Of a stretch of DNA of 52,608 nucleotides, positions 14,567 through 23,917 are shown one piece after another. Position 1 is the stretch's first letter. Each line of letters begins with the position of its first letter. Source of the DNA: a virus (Duplodnaviria; Caudoviricetes); IMG/VR virus record IMGVR_UViG_3300020182_000048, positions 1 through 52,608 of that record, one strand, 5' to 3'. Position numbers and translations under genes: made by a program. Under the pieces are notes generated by a model. The model made no database searches. It was not told where the DNA came from and saw only the letters and a list, made by a program, of their open reading frames with translations.

Positions 14567-15147
14567 TGGGAAAAGAATATATAACAGACATTATAAGGGT
14601 GGAGGATACTTTGGGTGACTACAATGGTAATCCCGGAACAGCAGGACAATTACTTGAACGAAGGTCCGGCGACTTAAGTTCGCAGTGGACTTCTCGCTCC
14701 TCACCTGTATATTTAAAAACAAAGCTTGTAAATACAACTATAGTAAATGTCACTAGCTTTGGTGCAACTGCTTGCCTGAATACTACACCGGAATTTTCAA
14801 GTGGTGGAATAAGCGTTACAAGCAGTAGCGCTATAACTATTACAGATGGAGGAATATATAAGGTAACAGCTATGGTTCAATCAGACTCGAGCAGGTTAAG
14901 GGGTAACTTAACTATGACGGTAGGTGTTGATGGAGTTTTTAATCAAGCGGTAGCAGGTATGGCTTATGTTAGAAATAGCAACGGAACAGATGAGGCAAGT
15001 ACTACTTGGACAGGAATAATTTTTATTGGTTCAAACTCTGTACTAAATTTGGCGTTTTTAAACACAACAAACACAAGCCTTACTAGCGTTATAACAGGTG
15101 CAAAAAGCTCAGTAACTTTGCATAAAATAGCTGCTGGATCAGTATAA
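14566..15147 (+). CDS. Paralogous C1q/TNF-like short fibre protein
   Basis: Shares MGKEYITD, GT.GQLL, KTKL, M.Y.R and AKS.V...KI with the previous ORF. Confidence 0.6.
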   Translation: MGKEYITDIIRVEDTLGDYNGNPGTAGQLLERRSGDLSSQWTSRSSPVYLKTKLVNTTIVNVTSFGATACLNTTPEFSSGGISVTSSSAITITDGGIYKVTAMVQSDSSRLRGNLTMTVGVDGVFNQAVAGMAYVRNSNGTDEASTTWTGIIFIGSNSVLNLAFLNTTNTSLTSVITGAKSSVTLHKIAAGSV

Positions 15148-15217
15148 ATCAAATTAAATGTCTAGAAAGAAAGGCAGAAGAAAAAGAAAAAAAAGAAAAA
15201 AATTAAAACAAAAAGAT

Positions 15218-15571
15218 ATGGTAACTTATAATTGGGATTGCAGAAGGGTAGAGGCTTATCCGGAATTCGAATCAGATGGGGTAGTTTATCCTGACGTAGT
15301 GTTTTGGGTAACATGGCTTGTTACAGGTGTTTCAGATGTTTTAGACCCTGAAGGGAATCCTTATACATCTTTTTGGGAAAACACAATAGCTATAGACACT
15401 AGCAATATAACAGATTTTATTCCTTTCTCAGAATTAACTAATGAAATATCTGTTGGGTGGGTACAATCCACTATGGGCGCGGAGACTGTAGCTTTTTGGG
15501 AAGAAACAGTAGCGTACTCAATTGAAAACCTAATTAATCCCGTTTCTATACCCTTGATTATAGGGGAATAA
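15218..15571 (+). CDS. Fibre-associated conserved phage protein
   Basis: MVTYNWDC...DVV..V.W...G...FIPFSELT....GWV...MG; the upstream in-frame ATG at 15158 only adds an A-rich leader. Confidence 0.65.
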   Translation: MVTYNWDCRRVEAYPEFESDGVVYPDVVFWVTWLVTGVSDVLDPEGNPYTSFWENTIAIDTSNITDFIPFSELTNEISVGWVQSTMGAETVAFWEETVAYSIENLINPVSIPLIIGE

Positions 15572-15587
15572 ACAATGATTATTATGT

Positions 15588-15615
15588 AGCTTTTTGCGTT
15601 TACACGTAATTATAT
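15588..15615 (+). promoter_or_regulatory. Late promoter-like motif upstream of groEL
   Basis: AGCTTT-N12-GTAATTATAT. Confidence 0.65.
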
Positions 15616-15631
15616 AATAAAATCTAATCAA

Positions 15632-17170
15632 ATGAATCAAATAGTAAAAGAGTTTAGCTTTGGAGACGAAGGTAAAGACAAAGTATTTAAAGGTATTGAG
15701 GTACTAACAAAAGCGGTTGCTTCCACGTTAGGTGGTGGCGGGGAGTGTGTTATTTTTGAAGACGCGCACGGAATACCGGTTATAACAAAAGACGGTGTAA
15801 CTGTCGCAGAGCTAAGTGTTCTGTTAGATCCTGTAGAAAATATGGGAGCCTCGTTAGTAAAGCAAGCAGCAAGACGAACTGTACAAGAAGCCGGTGACGG
15901 AACTACAACAGCCACCGTATTGGCCTATGCGATACTAAAAGAGTTTAGTAAGTCAAAAATGAAGTTTACTAGCCGTGAAAAGCGCGACGCAATCAATACG
16001 ATCGTTGAAAAAGCTTTAAAGTATCTTGACAAGCGCAGTAAAGCGGTTGAGGGAGATATGATTGACGAAGTAGCTACTATATCTACAAACAATGACCCTG
16101 TATTAGGTAAGCTAATTGCAGATGCATATAGAGCGGTGGATTTAACGGGCGTTGTAATGATGGAGACATCACAAGATGGCAATACAAGTATAGAGGTTGT
16201 AGAAGGTGTGCAATACGAGAAAGGATTTACAAATAATCATTTCGTTAATAACACAGCAGCTAATACAGCGGAACTTGTTAACCCTAAGATATTATTAGTT
16301 GATTCTGCGGTAGATACTATTAGGCAGATACAAACTATACTAGAGCACGTTATAAAGAACAACATACCATTGCTTATTGTAGGGGATGTTGACGCAAAAG
16401 TAGCTGCGGCTTTAGCAATGAACAAAAACAAAGGAGCTATAAAGATTAATATAGTACCAGCACCAACTCACGGTGTAAATAGAAAAGAAATATTTGATGA
16501 CTTAGCCTTATTAACGGGAGCTACAGTTATAAGTGAGAATCTAGGGGACGATTTAGATCTAATCGATCTTTCACACTTAGGTACTTGCGTAAAAGCTATA
16601 TCAACGTTCAGAGACACGGTTTTTCAAATAGATGAAGAACAGTCTGAAGAAGTTAAGGCTATAATTAAAAATATCAAAGAGCAATTGCTTACAGAGCTAA
16701 ATTCTGGTAAAGTAATCAAACTTGAAAAAAGATTAGCAATGCTATCGGCTAAACTAGCTATTGTAAAAGTAGGTGGTGACTCAGACGTAGAGTTAAACGA
16801 AAAGAAAGATAGAGTGGAGGACGCAATATGCGCGACTAAAGCGGCTATCAAAGAAGGTGTGGTTGCTGGCGGTGGAGTTGCTTTAGTAAACGCAAGCGAA
16901 AGTATAAAAGCTAAAACGCCAGCCGAAGAGGTTGTGTTAAAGGCGTTATATCTTCCATGCAAAACAATAATGAAAAACGCGGGACTCGAGTACAAGAACA
17001 TCGACAAAAAAGATTGGGGTGTTGACGTAGAGACCGGCAAAACAGTTAATATGTTTAAAGCAGGGATTATAGATCCTGTATTAGTTACAAAATCAGCTTT
17101 AAAGAACGCTGCATCAGTTGCTTCGACAATATTGTCAACTAACTGCGTTATGTCTAACTTAAGAGAATAA
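15632..17170 (+). CDS. groEL: Phage chaperonin GroEL (Cpn60)
   Basis: ITKDGVTVA, AGDGTTTATVLA, EKKDRVEDAICATKAA, GVVAGGG, GIIDPVLV; no GGM tail. Confidence 0.97.
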   Translation: MNQIVKEFSFGDEGKDKVFKGIEVLTKAVASTLGGGGECVIFEDAHGIPVITKDGVTVAELSVLLDPVENMGASLVKQAARRTVQEAGDGTTTATVLAYAILKEFSKSKMKFTSREKRDAINTIVEKALKYLDKRSKAVEGDMIDEVATISTNNDPVLGKLIADAYRAVDLTGVVMMETSQDGNTSIEVVEGVQYEKGFTNNHFVNNTAANTAELVNPKILLVDSAVDTIRQIQTILEHVIKNNIPLLIVGDVDAKVAAALAMNKNKGAIKINIVPAPTHGVNRKEIFDDLALLTGATVISENLGDDLDLIDLSHLGTCVKAISTFRDTVFQIDEEQSEEVKAIIKNIKEQLLTELNSGKVIKLEKRLAMLSAKLAIVKVGGDSDVELNEKKDRVEDAICATKAAIKEGVVAGGGVALVNASESIKAKTPAEEVVLKALYLPCKTIMKNAGLEYKNIDKKDWGVDVETGKTVNMFKAGIIDPVLVTKSALKNAASVASTILSTNCVMSNLRE

Positions 17171-17171
17171 T

Positions 17172-17432
17172 ATGAACGCAATAGGTAGAAATATAATAAT
17201 AAAGAAACTTAAAGAAGGAGTAACCGCTACAAAAGGCGGTTTGCTTCTTGCTGAGAATCATCGTGAAGACATAAGATACGTAGAAGCTACAGTCATATCT
17301 ACGGGCAGCGAATGTGATGGTATAAAAAAGAACGATGTGATTTATTACGATAGACACGCGGGGCATAAAATAGAACTGGATAGGGAAACATACCACGTTA
17401 TAAAAACCCAGGATGTAGTTTTTGTTTTATGA
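17172..17432 (+). CDS. groES: Co-chaperonin GroES (Cpn10)
   Basis: TKGGLLL mobile loop, ATVISTG, D.IYY, adjacent to groEL. Confidence 0.9.
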   Translation: MNAIGRNIIIKKLKEGVTATKGGLLLAENHREDIRYVEATVISTGSECDGIKKNDVIYYDRHAGHKIELDRETYHVIKTQDVVFVL

Positions 17433-17875
17433 GAAAGTTAACAGGAGGTGATTTAAAAGAACTCGGACTGTTAAAGCATTATAGGATTATACGCAAGTGG
17501 GCTTGTAAAACAAATGGTATTACAGATGCTGATTTAGAGCTGTTGATTTACTTCGATTGTTTAGGGCAGTTTAGGAAGCGCGATTTCGAAGACGGTAGCC
17601 TTACATACTCTTGGGACAATAGGAGATGGAATAGGCTGCTTAAAGAGGGCTGGATTGTTAAATGGCGAGGCTACAACGGGTCGGATAAAAGCTATAGTAT
17701 ATATAAGATTAGTTTTAGGTGCAAATGCTTAATACAGCAGATGTATCGTATAATGTTAGGCGAAGAGGATATACCTACTTCAACTAGGCGTAATCCTTTA
17801 ATGAAGAAAGACACATACAGCGCAAAGGTTTATTCCGCTGCATTCGATAAAGTTAACAAAGATAAAACAAGATAA
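17429..17875 (+). CDS. Hypothetical protein, possibly winged-helix
   Basis: 148 aa; LELLIYF...RLLKEGWIVKW...YKIS pattern. Confidence 0.6.
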   Translation: MRKLTGGDLKELGLLKHYRIIRKWACKTNGITDADLELLIYFDCLGQFRKRDFEDGSLTYSWDNRRWNRLLKEGWIVKWRGYNGSDKSYSIYKISFRCKCLIQQMYRIMLGEEDIPTSTRRNPLMKKDTYSAKVYSAAFDKVNKDKTR

Positions 17876-17877
17876 TT

Positions 17878-18102
17878 ATGGTAAACATGAACATGATGGG
17901 CCAAATGCCTGGTGTACAAGACACAAGCGAAATGGCAATGGAACAGGCTATGGCTGCACAACAGCAAGCACAACTACAAGCTAGAGGTATGCAGCAACCT
18001 ACTTACCAAGCAAACGGGGTTAATCCTGCTTTTGCGGCTGTAACAAATGGTGTGATGGGAGATATTGAAGCAAGAAATAAATCTATGCAAGGATTAATAT
18101 AA
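17878..18102 (+). CDS. M/Q-rich hypothetical protein
   Basis: 74-aa low-complexity ORF. Confidence 0.6.
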   Translation: MVNMNMMGQMPGVQDTSEMAMEQAMAAQQQAQLQARGMQQPTYQANGVNPAFAAVTNGVMGDIEARNKSMQGLI

Positions 18103-18107
18103 AAACT

Positions 18108-18329
18108 ATGGATTATAAAAAACAAATGGTATCCAACCCAACAGGTGGAGCTAAAGGACAAATAGGAGAATCAGCATTATGGGATGGGCCATTAAGCCAA
18201 GAGGGTAGGCCTCATGGAAAAGGATCTTCTTCAGGAGCAAACGGTATGCAGGTATTAAAATACCCAACGCCTTACGAAGCTAAGCCAATCACGCAGTGTG
18301 CTAAAGGACGCTCGAATGAATCTTACTAG
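18108..18329 (+). CDS. Hypothetical protein
   Basis: 73-aa G/P-rich ORF. Confidence 0.6.
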   Translation: MDYKKQMVSNPTGGAKGQIGESALWDGPLSQEGRPHGKGSSSGANGMQVLKYPTPYEAKPITQCAKGRSNESY

Positions 18330-18702
18330 TAACTTTAAAAAGTCTGAGTTTGAATGCAAATGCGGTTGCGAAATGCCTATGGAAGTGTTCTTTAACATCC
18401 AAAAGCTAGCAAACCAATTGCAGTACACTCGTGACTTTATAGAATTACCAATAACAATAACTAATGCATATCGATGCCGAAGTCACAACAAAGAAGTGGG
18501 CGGAGTCTCTGACAGCCAACATATACTAGGCAAGGCCGCTGATTTGCAGGTTAAAGGCTTACCGCCAAAAGACTTGTATAAAGTGTTAGATACATTAGCC
18601 GAGTACAATCATGTAATGCAAGGGGGGTTAGGTTTATATAACACATTTGTGCATTACGATATACGAGGAGCAAAAGCAAGGTGGGACAACACAAATAAAT
18701 AG
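18316..18702 (+). CDS. Peptidase M15A-family endolysin
   Basis: NF..SEF.CKCG, AYRC..HN..VGG..DSQH..GKAAD, GLGLY.TFVHYDIRG..ARW. Confidence 0.9.
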   Translation: MNLTSNFKKSEFECKCGCEMPMEVFFNIQKLANQLQYTRDFIELPITITNAYRCRSHNKEVGGVSDSQHILGKAADLQVKGLPPKDLYKVLDTLAEYNHVMQGGLGLYNTFVHYDIRGAKARWDNTNK

Positions 18703-18704
18703 GT

Positions 18705-19019
18705 ATGGCAGTAAAAAAGAAAGCAGCTCCTAAGAAAAAGGGTAAAGCGCCATCACGTAAGAAATCAAAAGGTAATTACGCGGCAGTAAAAAAAGGTAAA
18801 GGAACAGGTAAAAAGGCCGGCGGCGGTATGACCGCTAAAGGTGTTGCGAAGTATCGCAAAGATAATCCCGGGAGTAAACTTAAAACCGCTGTTACGACAC
18901 CTCCTTCTAAATTAAAGAAGGGTAGTAAAGCTGCTAAAAGACGTAAAGCATTTTGCGCAAGATCTAAAAGCTGGAAATCAGAAAGAGGATTGGCTGCGCG
19001 AAGAAAATGGAACTGTTAA
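18705..19019 (+). CDS. Lys-rich protein (DUF6321-like)
   Basis: GGMTAKGVAKYR..NPGSKLK.AVT...RRKAFCARS...ARRKWNC. Confidence 0.7.
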   Translation: MAVKKKAAPKKKGKAPSRKKSKGNYAAVKKGKGTGKKAGGGMTAKGVAKYRKDNPGSKLKTAVTTPPSKLKKGSKAAKRRKAFCARSKSWKSERGLAARRKWNC

Positions 19020-19020
19020 T

Positions 19021-19158
19021 ATGAAGAAAAGCAAACTAAATTGCGGGTGCCTCAGTAAATACATGAAGCCTGCACAAACAGGAACCAAAGGGTCTAAAGG
19101 CCGAAACGGGTGGGATGCAAAACCCGTATTTAGAATAACTAACCCACGCAACCGATGA
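19021..19158 (+). CDS. 45-aa basic protein
   Basis: Hand-translated MKKSKLNCGCLSKYMKPAQTGTKGSKGRNGWDAKPVFRITNPRNR. Confidence 0.55.
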   Translation: MKKSKLNCGCLSKYMKPAQTGTKGSKGRNGWDAKPVFRITNPRNR

Positions 19159-19259
19159 AAGCTAAAAAGAAAACAACTCCTTGTTGGAGAGGATATATAA
19201 AGCAAGGCACAAAAAAGAAAGGCGGGAAAACCGTTAATAATTGTGTAAAGAAAAAATAA
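19155..19259 (+). CDS. 34-aa basic peptide (PCWxGY...NCV motif)
   Basis: MKAKKKTTPCWRGYIKQGTKKKGGKTVNNCVKKK; recalled recurring phage motif; ATGA coupling. Confidence 0.65.
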   Translation: MKAKKKTTPCWRGYIKQGTKKKGGKTVNNCVKKK

Positions 19260-19322
19260 CAGAATAGGACTGTATAAACCTAAACAAACATAAACAATAA
19301 CAAAAACAAAACCAAAAACAAA

Positions 19323-19718
19323 ATGGGGAAATTTTTAAAATTTAGAATCGCTAACGGCGAAACAGTAGCATCTGGAAACGGATCAAGAGAAGTATTAATT
19401 CCTGTAGAGCAGATTTCATCTATAGTAGACGGCGCTGATGCAGCATCTGTAGCAGTTGAACTTAGAGACGGGTTAGTTTACACGTTCACATTAGGTACAA
19501 CTATAATTTCTGCACCTATAACAGGAGCAAGTAATTTACCAGCAATCGTACCGCCTGCGGCACCAACAGTTGGAAGCAACATGCCTTCACAGGTTATCAA
19601 CAGAGCATTAACTGCAAACCCGGGAGGAGTAACTTCTATGGCTCAGTTAGGATTTGACGGAGCTGGAGTATCTGGCACTGATGACAGAATGTACTTTGTA
19701 CAATTAGTAGTAGCATAA
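19323..19718 (+). CDS. Putative virion protein
   Basis: 131 aa, followed by a terminator. Confidence 0.6.
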   Translation: MGKFLKFRIANGETVASGNGSREVLIPVEQISSIVDGADAASVAVELRDGLVYTFTLGTTIISAPITGASNLPAIVPPAAPTVGSNMPSQVINRALTANPGGVTSMAQLGFDGAGVSGTDDRMYFVQLVVA

Positions 19719-19728
19719 CAATTAATTA

Positions 19729-19761
19729 CCCTGCGGAATTTAATCATTCCGTGGGGTTTTT
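19729..19761 (+). terminator. Rho-independent terminator
   Basis: CCCTGCGGAAT-ttaatc-ATTCCGTGGGG followed by TTTTT. Confidence 0.8.
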
Positions 19762-19775
19762 ATTAAACAAAGAAT

Positions 19776-20186
19776 ATGAGCAAAATAATTTCATGGTTAA
19801 CAGGAGGCCTTATTAAAGAGGTTGGATCTGTAATTGATAGTCTAACGACTACAAAAGAAGAAAAGCTTGAGATTAAAAAGCAATTGCAAGTGATTCTTGA
19901 AAAAGCAGAAGCTAACGCACAAGTGGAGGTTACTGCAAGATGGAAGTCGGACATGAGTTCGGATAGCTTCCTTTCTAAAAACATTAGGCCAATGGTATTG
20001 ATATATCTTACCTTTATATTTTCGGTATTAGCATTTGCTGACGGAAATATTGGTCACTTTCAAATAGCAGCAGAATATATACCTATATTTCAAACGCTAT
20101 TAGTTACAGTCTACGGTGCTTACTTTGTGGGTAGATCGTGGGAAAAGAGTAGAAAAATAATGAATAACAAAACAAATAAAGAATAA
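19776..20186 (+). CDS. 3TM-type holin (GTA-like)
   Basis: RW.SDM.SDSFLSKNIRP, two TM segments, YGAYFVGRS.EK. Confidence 0.8.
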   Translation: MSKIISWLTGGLIKEVGSVIDSLTTTKEEKLEIKKQLQVILEKAEANAQVEVTARWKSDMSSDSFLSKNIRPMVLIYLTFIFSVLAFADGNIGHFQIAAEYIPIFQTLLVTVYGAYFVGRSWEKSRKIMNNKTNKE

Positions 20187-20479
20187 TGGGACAATTTGGA
20201 AATCAACCAGAGTTTGGAACAGAGGCAGTAGCCGTAACTCCAAATGATGCAATAACTTACGCGACTAACTTAAACCAAGCTTGCTTATATGTAGGTGTAG
20301 CCGGAGATATTAAAGTAATTTTATCCGGGGTAGTTAATCCAGCAGGAGGTTTTCCAACAGCTGCTCAAGCGGTAACATTTAAAGCTGTGCCAGCAGGATC
20401 TATCTTGCCGGTTATAGTTGATTATGTATTAGCAACAGGAACTGCTGCAGGGGCGGGTGATCTTATAGCTTTAAAATAA
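20186..20479 (+). CDS. Head-spike base-like protein (RcGTA Rcc01079-like)
   Basis: AVTPND......LYVGVAGDIKV...VTFKAVPAGSILPV.V..V.ATGT.A.DL.AL. Confidence 0.65.
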   Translation: MGQFGNQPEFGTEAVAVTPNDAITYATNLNQACLYVGVAGDIKVILSGVVNPAGGFPTAAQAVTFKAVPAGSILPVIVDYVLATGTAAGAGDLIALK

Positions 20480-20480
20480 C

Positions 20481-22394
20481 ATGAGCAATGCAATAGGGAT
20501 CGGGATACCTATGGTATCAATTGCTTTAGGCGGTGGAGGCGCAAGCCCTGCTCCGTTTATATTTGATGCAATAACTACAGCGGACGCTGAGGTTTTTCAA
20601 ATGCCTTTTAGAACGACAAGTACGGTTAACGCAGAAGTTGACTGGGGAGATGGAACCTCTGATACAGTAACTTCTTCTGCCGAAGCAGTACATACTTATG
20701 CTACAGCAGGCACACACACTATAACTGTAACAGGGACAATAAATGGCTGGTCATACTACTATGCAAATCAAGATGGAGTGACTGTTAATACAAGCCAAAT
20801 GGGTAACATTTCTCAATGGGGTTCTTTTGTATTAGATGAAGATGTAACATTTTATAATTGTTCCAACTTAACAGTAACTGCTACTGATGGACCTACAACA
20901 ACAGATGCTTATAGTTTTGGTTATTGGTTTGCTAACTGTTCATCATTAACTTCTATAGATATTTCATCTTGGGATTTCACAAATATGACCGCTACGGCTA
21001 ACATGTTTAGGAATACAGGATTAGTAAGTATAGACTTATCAGGCTTAGATTTTTCTACTATCACTAATCTAAGTAATATGTTTAGTAGCTGTTCAAGCTT
21101 GGAATCTGTAATTACTACAGGGTTAGATCTTACTAATGCCGAGAGGCTAAGCTTTATGTTTGATGGTTGTAATAGCTTAACAACATTAGATCTTTCTGAA
21201 TTGAATTTAGAGAGTGTTATTGATATAAACTATATGTTCCGAAATTGCAGTTCTTTAACAAGTATTGACTTATCTAGCCTAACAGGTAATATATCTGCAC
21301 AGCTTGCATTTAGAGACGCAACTAGCTTAACATCCATAGATTTAAGTGGAGGGGTTTCCTTTACTTTTGTTAACTTAATGTTTGACGGTTGTACTAGCCT
21401 TGTCTCAGTCGATATGACAGGCTGTGACTTAAATAGTGTTACCAATACATACGGTATGTTCCAGGATTGTAGTTCTCTTACAACAATTACAGGAAATGAA
21501 GGGTTTGGACTTGCAGGACTAACTGGAGGTTACTCTAACGTTGGTTATAACGGCACAGCATACATGTTTAGAAATTGCGTACTATTAACCGCCCTTGATA
21601 CTTCAGCATGGACATTAAGTTCTAATCTTCAAGATATGCATCAAATGTTTTATAAAGCCAAGTCATTAACTACTATTGATGCATCAAATTGGGATGTGAG
21701 TAGTGTGACTGATATGAGTTATACATTTAGCTCTAATTCTGACATGGCTTTAACAACTTTAAATCTCTCTGGTTGGAATGCAGGGTCGTTAACTAACCTA
21801 ACAGCTACGTTTGCATATTGTAGAAATTTACCATCAATAGATGTAAGTGGAATGAATACAAGTAATGTAACTAGTATGAATAGTACATTTTATAACTGTA
21901 GAGCTTTAGGATCACTAGATGTTACTAACTGGAATACTGACAACGTTACAGACATGGAGTATACGTTTTATAATCTGGACGGAAGCAGTAGTCCTATTGT
22001 GGGGTTAAATGGCTGGAACACCGGGAACGTTGCTAAATTTAGAAGAACCTTCCAAAACTGTAAATTCCGTGACCTTGATATAAGTGGCTGGGATACAAGG
22101 TCTGCTACAAATATGAATGAAATGTTATACGATTGTGATTCTTTTGATGAAAACATAGGGTCATGGGATATTAACCAAGTAACTAGCTTTACCTCTTTTA
22201 TGGTTAATTCAACCGGACTATCAACAGCAAATTATGATGCTCTTTTAATTGGATGGGCTGCACAAATACCATTAGCATATAACGGAACTTTAAATTTTGG
22301 TTCAGCTCAATACACATTAGGTGGAGCGGCAGAAGCTGCAAGAACGCAATTAATTGCTGATGTTGGAGCAATAAGTGACGGCGGAGGAGTATAA
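20481..22394 (+). CDS. PKD domain plus BspA/DUF285-type leucine-rich-repeat protein
   Basis: VDWGDG...HTYATAG.HTI.V.G PKD motif; many MF..C.SLT.LD.S.W/DTS.VT.M repeats; NYDALLIGWA cap. Confidence 0.85.
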   Translation: MSNAIGIGIPMVSIALGGGGASPAPFIFDAITTADAEVFQMPFRTTSTVNAEVDWGDGTSDTVTSSAEAVHTYATAGTHTITVTGTINGWSYYYANQDGVTVNTSQMGNISQWGSFVLDEDVTFYNCSNLTVTATDGPTTTDAYSFGYWFANCSSLTSIDISSWDFTNMTATANMFRNTGLVSIDLSGLDFSTITNLSNMFSSCSSLESVITTGLDLTNAERLSFMFDGCNSLTTLDLSELNLESVIDINYMFRNCSSLTSIDLSSLTGNISAQLAFRDATSLTSIDLSGGVSFTFVNLMFDGCTSLVSVDMTGCDLNSVTNTYGMFQDCSSLTTITGNEGFGLAGLTGGYSNVGYNGTAYMFRNCVLLTALDTSAWTLSSNLQDMHQMFYKAKSLTTIDASNWDVSSVTDMSYTFSSNSDMALTTLNLSGWNAGSLTNLTATFAYCRNLPSIDVSGMNTSNVTSMNSTFYNCRALGSLDVTNWNTDNVTDMEYTFYNLDGSSSPIVGLNGWNTGNVAKFRRTFQNCKFRDLDISGWDTRSATNMNEMLYDCDSFDENIGSWDINQVTSFTSFMVNSTGLSTANYDALLIGWAAQIPLAYNGTLNFGSAQYTLGGAAEAARTQLIADVGAISDGGGV

Positions 22395-22399
22395 AAACA

Positions 22400-22427
22400 A
22401 GTTTTTAAAAAAAACGTGTGATTATAT
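22400..22427 (+). promoter_or_regulatory. Late promoter-like motif
   Basis: AGTTTT-N12-GTGATTATAT. Confidence 0.65.
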
Positions 22428-22443
22428 AATAAAATCAAATCTT

Positions 22444-22788
22444 ATGAAAAATTTATTTATTACACTATGTTTAGTTTTAACGTCATTAACATTAACAGCA
22501 CAAGAGGCATTTAATGGAATATGGGAGAACGAAGGAAGCAATTATTTAAAAACAATACTTGCGTCAGATTACGCGGTGCTACAATGTTTTAACACTTCTT
22601 TTACGGAGCAAGATGTTATAACAGAAGAGCTAATCAAAAAAACTAATAATAGTTTTACAACAATACTTCGTAATCCAGCTAATGGATACGAGGTAACTAT
22701 AGAATACACATTAATAAACAACGATTCAATATCAAGTAAGTATACTGGAGACATCCGCGGTACTTATGGACTAACTAGATTATACTAA
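22444..22788 (+). CDS. Exported protein with Sec signal peptide
   Basis: MKNLFITLCLVLTSLTLTA|QEAFNGIWE: Bacteroidota-style signal with +1 Gln and a GxW motif. Confidence 0.7.
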   Translation: MKNLFITLCLVLTSLTLTAQEAFNGIWENEGSNYLKTILASDYAVLQCFNTSFTEQDVITEELIKKTNNSFTTILRNPANGYEVTIEYTLINNDSISSKYTGDIRGTYGLTRLY

Positions 22789-22798
22789 AACAAACATC

Positions 22799-23368
22799 AT
22801 GGCTTACACACAAACACCTGGTTTTACTAAAGAAATGGGAGCGGGAATTACTAAAGTTATTAATAACCTGCAACAAACAGATCCTAAGAAAGATATCACA
22901 TCCGGAGAAACAACCGGAACGAGTGCTAAAACGCAAGGAGATAACACAGCTACTCGCAGGAATTTAAACTTCAAAGAAGTTAAAAAGGATAAAGGGGGAG
23001 TAGAAAGCGTAGTTAATCAAACCTCAGGCAAAGAAATAATAACCAATGCCAACCAGAGACTCGCGAACAAAGCTGCTTCTGATAATAACTTGAGAGGAGA
23101 ACTAACCGGTAATGTCAAGTATGATAATACTTCAGGCCTGTACTCGGCGGCCCCTTATAAAGGTAAAAAATTGATGGACGACGCCGGAGGGCATTATGGG
23201 TACAAATCTCACCAAGGAAAAGTTACTAAGTTTACGGGCATGTCAATTCGCGAGAAAAATATAGCCAAGAAAGATTACGAGAAAAATCAAAACATGTACA
23301 ACGCTAAATCGAGCCAAGCAGTAGCTAGATTTAACAGCATGGCAAAAACACACAGAGATTCACAATAA
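22799..23368 (+). CDS. Hypothetical protein
   Basis: 189-aa ORF. Confidence 0.7.
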   Translation: MAYTQTPGFTKEMGAGITKVINNLQQTDPKKDITSGETTGTSAKTQGDNTATRRNLNFKEVKKDKGGVESVVNQTSGKEIITNANQRLANKAASDNNLRGELTGNVKYDNTSGLYSAAPYKGKKLMDDAGGHYGYKSHQGKVTKFTGMSIREKNIAKKDYEKNQNMYNAKSSQAVARFNSMAKTHRDSQ

Positions 23369-23406
23369 TTCACAATAATTAACAATTAACAATTAAATTA
23401 AATCAA

Positions 23407-23685
23407 ATGGGTAAAGTAAAAAAAATCAAGTCAAAAGCAAAAGCAAACTCTATTACGGCGGAAGAATTAGCAAGCGTTAAAAAGGTGCAAGCGGATTTGC
23501 AGGCTTATTTAGCAAACATTGGAGTACTAGAGGTTCAAAAAGCAAAAGCTATCTATCACGTTAACATGCTTGAAAAAGAAATGGACGAGACTAAAAAAGA
23601 TATTGAAGCTAAGTACGGGCCAGTTAATATTAACCTTGTAGACGGAACTTTCGAAGAGATTGTGCCGGAAGCAGTTATAGAGTAA
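23407..23685 (+). CDS. Hypothetical coiled-coil protein
   Basis: 92 aa; KYG.VNINL.DGT C-terminus. Confidence 0.7.
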   Translation: MGKVKKIKSKAKANSITAEELASVKKVQADLQAYLANIGVLEVQKAKAIYHVNMLEKEMDETKKDIEAKYGPVNINLVDGTFEEIVPEAVIE

Positions 23686-23689
23686 TATT

Positions 23690-23917
23690 ATGGATAGTAT
23701 TATAAGAAAGATTAGTATCGGGGCTGACTATAAAAACGAAGCAATGCATTACTCTGTTAAACAGACAGTTTACGGCGGTCACGAGATCTCTCACATACTA
23801 TTTGAAGAGTCTGATAATTCTTATAATATATTTATAAAAAAAGTAGACGAGATAATGCCATGGAAGAAATTCAATTCAAACATGGCAATATCCGTTGAAT
23901 ATGACTTAGAATATTAA
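23690..23917 (+). CDS. Hypothetical protein
   Basis: 75 aa, coupled to the next gene. Confidence 0.7.
   Translation: MDSIIRKISIGADYKNEAMHYSVKQTVYGGHEISHILFEESDNSYNIFIKKVDEIMPWKKFNSNMAISVEYDLEY

Noticed and set aside
11616-22394. Diversity-generating retroelement acting on the fibre or LRR genes
   Set aside because: No reverse transcriptase and no near-identical repeat pair with adenine-specific differences was seen.
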